Assembly: GCF_006345805.1 (NCBI RefSeq)
Contig: NW_021836777.1
Location: 1 to 22,430, forward strand
Length of the DNA stretch: 22,430 bases
Source: Octopus sinensis
Taxonomy: Eukaryota
Reading direction: 5' to 3'
This document shows, piece after piece, positions 10,987 through 20,155 of this stretch. The notes under the pieces are model-generated. The model saw only the letters and a list, made by a program, of their open reading frames with translations. It was not told where the DNA came from and did no database searches. Position 1 is the stretch's first letter. Each line of letters starts with the position of its first letter. Both the position numbers and the translations under genes were made by a program.

Positions 10987-11390
10987 TCTTGCGTATTTGG
11001 AATTGGGCAGCCAAATTTAACGTGGGAAAAAAAGCAAATTCTAGCGAATTTATTGTATAAAATCCATATAGAACGCATAGCATTAGAGACAGTTTGGAAT
11101 TTCAACGGGATACTTGACCAGGTGACCTTCAACAAACGAACAGTGAGAGAATTTTTCATTATGAAAACGTAAGCTAGCGTACAACTTTTTGCGAGTGAGA
11201 GTAACCAATGGATGGCCGTTAATCATGTGGACTAAGGAAAGACAATTCCAGAGGTAGCAGAGCAGCTAAATGTTAAATATTCAACGGTTATGTTACACTT
11301 GTATCACAGTGGAACATCAATAATGAACAGCCGAAAGTTTGGTCCTGCACATGTACGAATGTAACAAAGCCAAAAATATCCATTTCGACT

Positions 11391-11587
11391 CAAGGCCCGA
11401 AATTTTGGGGAAGGGAGCTAGTCGCTAACATCGACCCCAGTATTCAGCTAGTATTTAATTTATTGACCCCGAAAGTATGAAAGGCAAAGTCGACCTCGAC
11501 GGAATTTGAACTCAGAACATAAAGACAGACGAAATACCCCTAAGCATTTCACCTGGCGTACTAAAGTTTCTGCCAGCTCGCCGCCTT
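11391..11587 (-). mobile_element. tRNA-derived SINE family C, copy 1 (tail clipped)
   Basis: Minus-strand head AAGGCGGCGAGCTGGCAGAAAC...GAGTTCAAATTCC (B-box), then central GTCGACTTTGCCTTTCATACTTTCGGGGTC (MetaSINE-like domain, tentative). Confidence 0.9.
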
Positions 11588-11594
11588 GAAATAT

Positions 11595-11837
11595 ACGAAA
11601 TATTTATTTCTTTATTGCCCACAGGGGGCTAAAGATAGAGGGGACAAATAAGAACAGACAAAGGGATTAAGTCGATTACATCGAGCCCAGTACGCGACTG
11701 GTATTTAATTTATCGACCCCGAAAGTATGAAAGGCAAAGTCGACCTCGGCAGAATTTGAACTCAGAACTTAAAGACACACGAAATAGCGCTAAGCATTTC
11801 GCCCGGCGTGCTAACGTTTCTGCCAGTTCGCCGCCTT
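11595..11837 (-). mobile_element. SINE family C, copy 2 (tail type CTGTGGGCAATAAAGAAAT)
   Basis: Same head and body as copy 1, different 3' tail; the tail is shared with 12818-12900. Confidence 0.92.
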
Positions 11838-11849
11838 TCAACGTAACAA

Positions 11850-12067
11850 ATATTCTTTTCTGCTCTAGGCACAAGGCCCGAAATTTTGAGGGAGGGGGTC
11901 AGTCGATTAGATCGACCCCAGTCCGCAACTGGTACTTAATTTATCGATCCCAAGATGATGAAAGGCGAAGTTAACCTCGTCGTAATTTGAACTCAGAAGG
12001 TAAAGACAGACGAAATACTGCTAAGCATTTTGCCCAACGTGCTAACGTTTCTGCTAGCCCACCGCTT
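11850..12067 (-). mobile_element. SINE family C, copy 3 (tail type GGCCTTGTGCCTAGAGCAGAAAAGAAT)
   Basis: Same head and body; tail type shared with copy 1. Confidence 0.9.
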
Positions 12068-12679
12068 TGCACAAAGCCAAAAATATCGCCGTTATGAATG
12101 TTGCTGTCTACTTCATTCGGGAAAATAACTATATTGTAAGACAATAAAGATTAAATTGTTGTCTTTCGATATGAAGTATATAACGATATAAATTGTTAGG
12201 TGAAATAAACCTCAGAGAGGCTTTGCCCCACGCAGAAACTGCAGCAGCTACTGAGAGGTTTCTCAAGCTCTACTTGGACCATTGCCATGCTGTAAATACT
12301 TCTGGAACGTCAGCCGGTATCTCAGAATCTCAAGGGTTTCAGTTCTTAGCCTACGGCAGGGTTCCACTTGCGCTGCCAATATACATATTGCAGTAAGACC
12401 TTTAATAAAAATAGGGTTAGGAAGAAAATAAATGAACAAAAATATGAAAGATAAAAGGTACAAGTTGAATAATAAACTGGTGGTGGAAAGATATGGAAAA
12501 AACATTTGAACTAAAATAAAGTTAATAAATTCAACTGGTTTTCAAATATATATAAAAATATATATAAAAGTGTTTTAAAATAAAGCTAGTTTATTTGAAA
12601 ATAGATATAGAAAAGTATATATATATTATTTTCTTTTTTTAGTTTCAACTCAGAGATGTGGACCACCGCGGTTTTTTAA

Positions 12680-12817
12680 ATTTCTTTATTGTCCACTATA
12701 AGACAAAGGGATAAGGTCGATTACATCGACCCCAGAGCGTAAATAGTACTTATTTAATCGACCCCGGAAGAATGAAAGGCAAAATCGACCTCGGCGGAAT
12801 TTAAACTAAGAACGTAG
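12680..12817 (-). mobile_element. SINE family C, headless copy 4
   Basis: Body matches the other copies, but the A-box half of the head is replaced by copy 5. Confidence 0.8.
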
Positions 12818-13058
12818 CGAAATACCTATTTCTTTACTACCCACAAGGGACTAAACACAGAGAGGACAAACAAGGACAGACAAACGGATTAAATCGTTTA
12901 CATCGACCCCAGTGCGTAACTGGTACTTAATTTATCGACCCCGAAAGGATGAAAGGCAAAGTCAACCTCGGCGGAATTTGAACTCAGAACGTAACAGCCG
13001 ACGATATACGGCTACGCATTTCGCCCGGCGTGCTAACGTTTCTGCTAGCTCGCCGCCT
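12818..13058 (-). mobile_element. SINE family C, copy 5, full length
   Basis: Head AGGCGGCGAGCTAGCAGAAACGTTAGCACGCCGGGCG; tail ends AAAGAAATAGGTATTTCG. Confidence 0.92.
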
Positions 13059-13076
13059 AAAAACTTTGGGTCTTAC

Positions 13077-13085
13077 CTATATATA

Positions 13086-13122
<37 letters not shown>

Positions 13123-13192
13123 GTGTGCGTGCGTGTGTGTGTATGCGAGTGTGTGTATTATATATATATATATATATATATACATATATATA
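13077..13192. repeat. (TG)n/(TA)n microsatellite
   Basis: Directly visible. Confidence 0.95.
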
Positions 13193-13563
13193 GAAGAGAA
13201 TTATGTAAAAAGTAAGACAGAAAGAAGAGGATAAGAGAGAGAGAGATAGGGGGAGATCTACAATAGAAAGAGGAACGTTGAAAGAAGAATGAAAAACCTT
13301 ATTTATCGAATATAGATAAAGGTTTTACTGTCACTGGGATTTGTGTACACGATTAAAATAGGATAAAATATAAGAAAGGTGTTAAAATGGATTATAAGTA
13401 ATGCTGTAAATGAGGAAACAAATAGCTAAAACACATTTGAGATATGTTTAAACATGCAGAATGAATGTGTTAAGTCTATAACTAAATACGCAAATAAACC
13501 GGTGAAGTAAAAATAATTCCCGGTGAAAAAAAAAATGAGTAATATCGACAGGTCTTTTTACCG

Positions 13564-13759
13564 TTTACTTTTCCTTGTTTCTGTCATGGGACTGAGGCCA
13601 TGCTGGAGCGTCGCCTTGAAAGTTTAAGTCGAACAAACAGCTCTAGTATATTTTTTAGGCTTAGTACTCATTCTAAAGGTCTCTTTTGCCGAACCACTGA
13701 CTTACGGGAACGTAAATAAAACAACACGTCTTGCCAAGCTGTGGGGAAACACAGTCGCA

Positions 13760-13808
<49 letters not shown>

Positions 13809-13994
13809 CACACACACATACACACACATGCATACAGACATGCGCATATATACGGCGGGCTTCCTCACAGTTTCTATCTATCAAATCCATTCACAAAATA
13901 TTGGTCGGCTATAGTAGAAGGCACACGTCCAAGGATCCTCGAATTGGGACTGAATCCGAGATTATGTGAAGCGAGCTTCTTAACCACAAATCCA
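13564..13994 (-). mobile_element. SINE family A, diverged full-length copy with expanded internal (CA)n
   Basis: Collinear with 16011-16399, from the tail (CTTGTTTCTGTCAT..GGCCATGCTGGAGC) to the head (GGGACTGAATCCG...TAACCACA). Confidence 0.82.
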
Positions 13995-14759
13995 GTAATA
14001 ATTTAGTAAAGTACTGATAATTTCTAACAGGAAGAAAATATTAGTGAAATGAGAAGTGATACCTTGTATCGGGGAAGTAAACAAAAATTTAGGCTTCGTT
14101 TGAAAGTGAATCTGTTATTTATACAAACTATGTGCCAAAGAATGTGTAACGGACTAATGTTTTATCCGGACTACAGTAGTTAAGAGACCAGCAAGGAAGT
14201 AATGTAAAAACATAAAAATGTTGAAATATCGAAATATTTGAAACAGAATATAAAGATTTATAATCATAAAGGTGCAATATAAAAATATGCAGATGGAAAG
14301 TCGTATAGAACTATCATAAATATTTCGAGTGAAATTAGAGCCCCGAAGAAAACGTTAGTGCATCAAATATTTTAAACCAATGCATATGTTCTCTTATCTG
14401 ATCATCATATTTCTGATCTTAAAGTACAGATGAGAATTTTAGGTGCTGTGGTAACAGAAGGAAGTATTTCTGCTACATTTATATGTTATTTTACTTTTAG
14501 CAAAGCGAATGGTTATACTTTCCAAAGTGCAGAAATTGCATGGTTTCTTATTACGTGTGTAAGACATAGCACTAAGATGCTTATTACTTTAAAGCTGTAC
14601 ATGGCAGCTTTAAATTGGAGGTCGTAGTTATTATCATTATTCTGGGAGACAAATGAATTTTATGATTGAAATTTCATTTCTCCAACTCGTATTTCTGATG
14701 TGTGAGTGTGATTTTTGTATCGTAATTTAAAAGATTTTAAAGTTAAACTTATACATGCA

Positions 14760-15404
14760 CGAGGGAATACCCAAAAGTAACCGGAAACGTTCTGTGTGGG
14801 AAAAGCCCGCTGTAGATCAGACTTCATGATTTAGGGATGGCCACTCGTCAATTGAAGACAGACTAACCTCGTTTAGGACGTTCGTCGACCTCCCGAACGA
14901 ACGAATGAAAAGATCATGAATATTCATGAACTGATCTTGGAGGACCATCACCGAACAATTGACGAACTTGTTGATATGACTGCTGTGTCGTAGAGCTCCT
15001 GCCAACGAATTTTGAGCGAGGAATTGCGAATGAAAAGAGTTGCAGCAAAATGCGTCTTGCTTGCTCACGGAAGATCAAAAGCAGTCACACAAAAGAAGAA
15101 CAAAAACAGAACACACCTATGATAGATTGCGTGTCGTGAACTGAAAGAACAGTTGGAAACTTTTTTCGAAGGTCATCACTGGTGACGAAAGCTGGTACTA
15201 CGGAATTTGCAGATGTGGAAGAGGCGAAGAAAAAATGACGGAGGCGTTAAAAGGCATCACTTTGCAAAAGTTCCGGCACTGCTTCGAACATTGGAAAATG
15301 CGTCTGGATCTCTGCATTGCTTCAAATGGAGAATACTTTGAAGGCGATAAATGTGTAAACATGTAAATCTATCAGGAAAAAAATAATTTTGTAAAATTCA
15401 GGTT
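14760..15404 (+). pseudogene. Internally deleted mariner element with 5' TIR and transposase remnants
   Basis: 5' TIR-like CGAGGGAATACCCAAAAGTAACCGGAA; only ATTCAGGTT of the right TIR remains. Peptides: ELILEDHHRTIDELVDMTAVS*SSCQRILSEELRMKRVAAK, ACRELKEQLE, FSKVITGDESWYYG (first catalytic Asp), then after a large deletion FADVEEAKK...CFEHWKMRLDLCIASNGEYFEGD. Confidence 0.93.
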
Positions 15405-16010
15405 CCTGTAGAATTGAATTGGTAGACGATATCACTATCTGCTCTTTTGTAATTTACTGAGCAATTTCTATAGTCAGTCCCGTTAAAATTAATACTATTA
15501 TTACCAATAGATTTGTTGGTGCAATTACAATTGTGTAGATGACAGAATACTACGGTTTATTCAAAATGTCGTAGAATGAAATAATTTTAGGGTATGCTAA
15601 ACAAAATTGTATATTATGTATGCTGTGATTGGAAGCGTTTTCAAAGAAGATAACAGTATTTGGTTTTGGAGTTCAAAGATTTAATATTCAACGCAACGAT
15701 TCTTGCCCTTTTAGTATTACTAGTTGTGTATCAGAATTATAGATGGCAGTTACAATATAGGAAATTTAATCTCTAAAATCACTTCTAGTTAAGTATTTAT
15801 TGTACCACGTCATCAAAACAATTTATTTGTAATTTAAAATTAAAGATGTTTGCATCATGAAACAGAATGGTTCGTTTCTAAGAGAGAGGCAAGCTGACAA
15901 ATATTCTTCTGTTAGTTGTAGGTCCCTGAAATCTCAGGAATGATCGATATTACATGAAATTTATATATTTATATATGTGGTGAGGGTGCGCACGTGTGTG
16001 TGTATATATA

Positions 16011-16399
16011 CTCTTTTACTCTTTTACTTGTTTCAATCATTTGACTGTGGCCATGCTGGAGCACTGCCTTTAGTTGAGCAAATCGACCCCACGAGTTATT
16101 CTTTGTAAGCCCAGTACTTATTCTATCGGTCTCTTTTGCCAAACCGCTAAGCGACGGGGACGTAAACACACCAGCATCGGTTGTCAAGCAATGCTAGGGG
16201 GACAAACACACACATACACATACATATATATATATTCGACAGGCTTCTTTCAGTTTCCGTCTACCAAATCCACTCACAAGGCATTGGTCGGCCCGGGGCT
16301 ATAGCAGAAGACACTTGCCCAAGATGCCACGCAGTGGGACTGAACCCGGAACCATGTGGTTGGTAAACAATCTACTTACCACACAGCCACTCCTGCGCC
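16011..16399 (-). mobile_element. tRNA-derived SINE family A, full length, possible TATATATA TSD
   Basis: Head GGCGCAGGAGTGGCTGTGTGGTAAG...GGGTTCAGTCCC, CORE-like CTTGGGCAAGTGTCTTC, internal (TA)/(TG), tail (AAAAGAGT)2. TATATATA occurs at 16003-16010 and 16400-16407. Confidence 0.93.
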
Positions 16400-16598
16400 T
16401 ATATATACATAAATTCTACGAACATTAGCTCTTAAATTAAAATTAAATAATTTCTCATCGTCTTAGTTAAAATTCTCTTTCTCCGTATCTTCTGTTGGTA
16501 ACTGCCACTCCCCTTCCACAGTGCTTGTTTCGCACGCTACTCTCTCCCTCGCATCTGTTGTTAACTGATTCATTATGTCGTGAACTACTGCTTATTTC

Positions 16599-16633
<35 letters not shown>

Positions 16634-17378
16634 CTACTATTTTGAACTGACAATATTCTTCGGCCAGCTATTAACTTATCTTTCTTATGTTTGGTCTTTG
16701 TCACGTGCCGCTCCTATCTTCATCTCGTGTCTCTCCTTAATTAGCCCTTCTGTTTGACTATTCTTATCCTTCCCTTCCTCACTAACCCAACCTGCTTTCT
16801 TTAACCTTTCGTATTAATAAATGCCGGAAAATACGCCTTTGTCAAACTTCTCTTGTGAAGGGACGCCTAACTACTTTCAACAATTTCACTGGGACTTGTT
16901 ACAGAACACACCTATGATATTATGCACATATTGCGTATTAATAATTACTAAGTAGGTTATAGCCGTCTTGAAACAGCTGTTGAGATAAAACTTTACATAA
17001 CTCTATTGCTTTTTTTTCTATCCTGTAATCTGTATTTTTGTGCACGATGTAAATCTAAGTCTCAAGCGAACCTGTGTTTATCTCTCGCACCACCTTTTAG
17101 CAGCTCGATAAGGATTGTCCTTATAGCCGATGCAGAATCATCGGCACTAGATGAGGAGGTTGGAGTTTAAGTTCCCATTTATTTGAATACTATTCTGCTT
17201 TATCGGCACAACACTTACTTGGCTTACTCATCCTCACTCTATATATATACACACAATATAGAACAAATGACCAACGGCTGGGATGATCTGTTAAAGAATA
17301 TAAATATCATATATAATATATATATAGATATATTATATATATATATATAGGAAAAAAGCAACAAGATGGATTAAAATA

Positions 17379-17462
17379 TCGGTACAATTGTTTCGTACGA
17401 GGACATCTTTAATAAGCTACAAAAAATGCAGTAAATATATATGGCTCGTACTCGTCAGCCGA
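17379..17462 (-). ncRNA. Type I hammerhead ribozyme, minus strand (left arm)
   Basis: Minus strand UCGG-CUGACGA-GUACGAG...CUCGUAC-GAAAC-AAUU-GUA/CCGA. All core nucleotides and stems I-III are intact. Predicted cleavage is between plus-strand positions 17383 and 17382. Confidence 0.88.
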
Positions 17463-17540
17463 AAAATATCAGAGATCCCAAACATCAAAAGGGGTAGATA
17501 CAAATGAGGGTGTGGTGTTTAACTGCATTGAAGAAAGTTA

Positions 17541-17906
17541 GATTCCTGGAGATCCGATGAAAGGTTTTGAACTTACAGAATTTGTGCATGTCCATATATA
17601 GTTCATATTGAATTGTTAATCAAGTTATGTGAAGAAATTTTGGATACAATCGTGCGAAATTTCTGAGGATCCGAGTAAGAAGCAAAGTGACAGTCTTATC
17701 TTGTAGAGGAACAGATTGTTATTGAGATTTACAAGAATCACAGAGAAGTTCGATTCCTGGAGATCCGATGAAAGGTCTTGAACTTACAGAATATGTGCGT
17801 GTCCATATATAGTTCATAGTGAATTGTTAATCAAGTTATGTGAAGAAATTTTGGATACAATCGTGCGAAATTTCTGAGAATCCGAGTAAGAAGCAAAGTA
17901 ACAGTC
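17541..17906 (+). repeat. Internal 155-bp direct repeat, two copies (17541-17695 and 17752-17906)
   Basis: Both begin GATTCCTGGAGATCCGATGAAAGG and end GAAGCAAAGTRACAGTC; 6 substitutions; period 211 bp. Confidence 0.95.
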
Positions 17907-17951
17907 ATTTGTATCTACCCCTTTTGATGTTTGGGAATCTCTGATGTTTTT

Positions 17952-18035
17952 TCGGCTGACGAGTACGAGCCATCTATATTTACTGCATTTTTTGTAGCTT
18001 ATTAAAGATGTCCTCGTACGAAACAATTGTACCGA
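17952..18035 (+). ncRNA. Type I hammerhead ribozyme, plus strand (right arm)
   Basis: Stem I is UCGG 17952-17955 / CCGA 18032-18035. CUGACGA is at 17956-17962. Stem II is GUACGAG 17963-17969 / CUCGUAC 18013-18019, extended by CAUCU/AGAUG. GAAA is at 18020-18023, stem III is the palindrome ACAAUUGU, and the GUA triplet predicts cleavage after 18031. Confidence 0.9.
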
Positions 18036-18182
18036 TATTTTAATCCATTCTAGTTGCTTTTTTCCTATTTGTAATCACCCCACTTGTCGTATGGTTACAC
18101 CATATAGCTTTCCGGTGCATCCTAGTTAAGGACCATATTCATGTGAATTCATTAGAATTCACTTGAATCTCAATTACTTAAA

Positions 18183-18227
<45 letters not shown>

Positions 18228-18344
18228 ATATATATATATCTCAAAAGGATGTTATAATACTATTCCACATATACAAAAACAGCCATACCAACAATCCAGC
18301 ATACCTGCATCATCAGCTGCCCCACGGATATCATTATGGTTTCG

Positions 18345-18461
18345 ACACGATTCTGAGGCATGCAAGAGAGTAGTAAGAATGACTGCTTTATAGACTTGTA
18401 CCTTAGTGTCAAGTTTGATGCCCTTTTCATTCCATAGGCGATGATGGAGCTTGGAAAATGT
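18345..18461 (-). mobile_element. RTE-clade LINE fragment (region C-terminal to the RT domain)
   Basis: Translates to TFSKLHHRLWNEKGIKLDTKVQVYKAVILTTLLHASES, matching the RTE/Bov-B pattern AFxxLxxRxWxxxGIxLxTKxxVYxAxVLxTLLYGxE(T/S)W. Confidence 0.82.
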
Positions 18462-18462
18462 A

Positions 18463-18691
18463 CGTGTGTTTATGTTTGTGTGTCTGTGTTCGTACCCCAA
18501 CATTGCCTGACAACAGATGTTAGTGTATTTACGTCCCCGTAACTTAGCAGTTCGGGAAAATACACCGATAAATTAACTACTAGGCTTACAAAGGATATTT
18601 CCAGCGGTCGATTTGCTCGACTGAAGGCGGTGCTCCAGCATGGCCACTGTCAAATGACTGAAACAAGTAAAAGAGCAAAAGGGCAAAGAGC
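18463..18691 (+). mobile_element. SINE family A, 5'-truncated
   Basis: Starts in the internal (TG) tract and ends GTCAAATGACTGAAACAAGTAAAAGAGC. Confidence 0.87.
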
Positions 18692-18809
18692 TACCTTCTA
18701 TTATATATCCTCTGTTATATCCCTTAATGTCTATGGTAACCCCAAATGATTTTGTAAATTTTTTTCTGTGTGTGTTGTAACTTGTCCTTCGATATTGTCC
18801 TCCATGTCT

Positions 18810-19029
18810 TGGGCACTTGTAGCCGAATCGTCAGCACGCCGGACACAATGCTTGACGACACTATGTCCTTCACGTTCTGAGTTCGAATTCGCCCCGGTGG
18901 ACTTTGCCTTTCATTCTTTCGGCGCGAGATAAATAGAGTACCAGATGAGTACTGGAATCGATGTAATTCATTTACCTCTCCCCTGAACTTTCCGGCCTTG
19001 CACCATAATTTGAAGCCATTATTATTATT
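18810..19029 (+). mobile_element. SINE family C, older diverged copy with (ATT) tail
   Basis: GAATCGTCAGCACGCCGG...CACGTTCTGAGTTCGAATTC...GACTTTGCCTTTCATTCTTTCGG matches the reverse complement of copies 1-5. Confidence 0.82.
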
Positions 19030-19279
19030 TCTAGTTCTTGTATAGTAGTTGTAGTAGAATTAGGAGCAGAACCAGTAGTAGCATAAATTTTCTATGTTTT
19101 GTTAATGTTAATAAATTTATTTGTAATATACACTATGAAAACATTGAAGGTGAAGATGTCTGTGGGAGACTGTAAAGGAATGTAGGTAGTGACGGCGGTG
19201 GAATAATTTTATATGCATATGTTTAACGACAACAATAAGCTGATCGATTTACTGATATTGTAAAAAATTGACATTATGT

Positions 19280-19660
19280 ATAACATCAATATACACAAAC
19301 ATACACTCACACACACATATATATACATATATATATATACTCACACACACACATATATAGATATGTATGTATGCATATATGTATGTATGTATTTATACAT
19401 ATATTTACGCGTCTAAGTATAAATATATACATAAGTATATGTATCTGTGTGCGTGTGTGTGAATTTGTGTGTTTGTGTGTGTTGTAAAGGTTTTAGATGA
19501 TGTATGTACACAAATACCATAGTGACTTAAATAAAACACGGGCGTCTGTGTATTTTTGCGTATACATGTTTTAAGTTTGTTTATAACCATCAATATAAAT
19601 ATGTAAACATTGGCATGTACTTACGCGTTTATGTGTATTTGTATATATATGTATGCATGC

Positions 19661-19691
<31 letters not shown>

Positions 19692-19717
19692 CAAATATAC
19701 ATATATATATATGCGTG

Positions 19718-19773
<56 letters not shown>

Positions 19774-20023
19774 TAGATATACATGCATATATACGTATTT
19801 ACACATAACACACATATATGTATATAGATACGAATATCAATATAAAAACTGAATATATAATATATATATATATATTATACATACATACATACATATAATA
19901 TATATATAGAGAGAGAGGGGGAGAGGAGAAAGATAGATAGCATACACTGAATGCATTCATGTATAACATACATACGTACATACAAACATAAACATATATA
20001 TATGTTCTATGAATATACATGTA

Positions 20024-20056
<33 letters not shown>

Positions 20057-20110
20057 ATATGTATGTATTTGTATATATGTATATATATACACACACACAC
20101 ATAAATAATA

Positions 20111-20155
<45 letters not shown>

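Larger units (their letters stand above)
11023..12396 (+). pseudogene. Decayed mariner transposase fossil, Hsmar1/cecropia-like, interrupted by a SINE cluster at 11381-12087
   Basis: EKKQILANLLYKIHIERIALETVWNFNGILDQVTFNKRTVREFF resembles Hsmar1 DKKQIRAIFLFEF...AAETTRNIN...ANERTVQWWF. TIPEVAEQLNVKYSTVMLHL resembles TTREVAEELNVDHSTVVRHL. Across the TSD, QKYRRYECC resembles QKNRRFEVS. There are many stops and frameshifts. Confidence 0.75.
17347..18068. mobile_element. Fold-back element with ~160-bp inverted arms, each carrying a hammerhead ribozyme; probably a non-autonomous Penelope-like/retrozyme-type element
   Basis: Arms 17347-17507 and 17905-18068 are reverse complements (3 substitutions and 3 single-base indels by manual alignment). 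They enclose a 155-bp direct repeat. The left flank is a (TA)-rich tract. Confidence 0.85.

Noticed and set aside
11391-13058. Regularly repeated ~200-bp units suggesting a CRISPR-like or satellite array
   Set aside because: Units are long, diverged SINE copies with Pol III heads, with no short repeat-spacer structure and no cas genes.
13293-13326. AT-rich hairpin AAAACC-TTA-TTTATC/GATAAA-GGTTTT
   Set aside because: A bulged, low-complexity stem of the kind expected by chance in AT-rich DNA.
16515-16560. Hammerhead-like CAGAUG...GCGAAAC on the minus strand
   Set aside because: The core box is not CUGANGA and stem II does not pair convincingly.
17348-18067. Reading the fold-back as a Tc1/mariner MITE with a TA target duplication
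   Set aside because: TA does flank GGAAAAAAGC...GCTTTTTTCC, but the left TA is part of a (TA)n tract, the termini do not resemble mariner TIRs, and the arms hold complete hammerheads. This reading is not fully excluded.
18290-18345. CUGAUGA (minus strand, 18310-18316) with an upstream GAAAC
   Set aside because: No GAAA follows stem II, and the type II arrangement has no valid stem III/NUH or stem II pairing.
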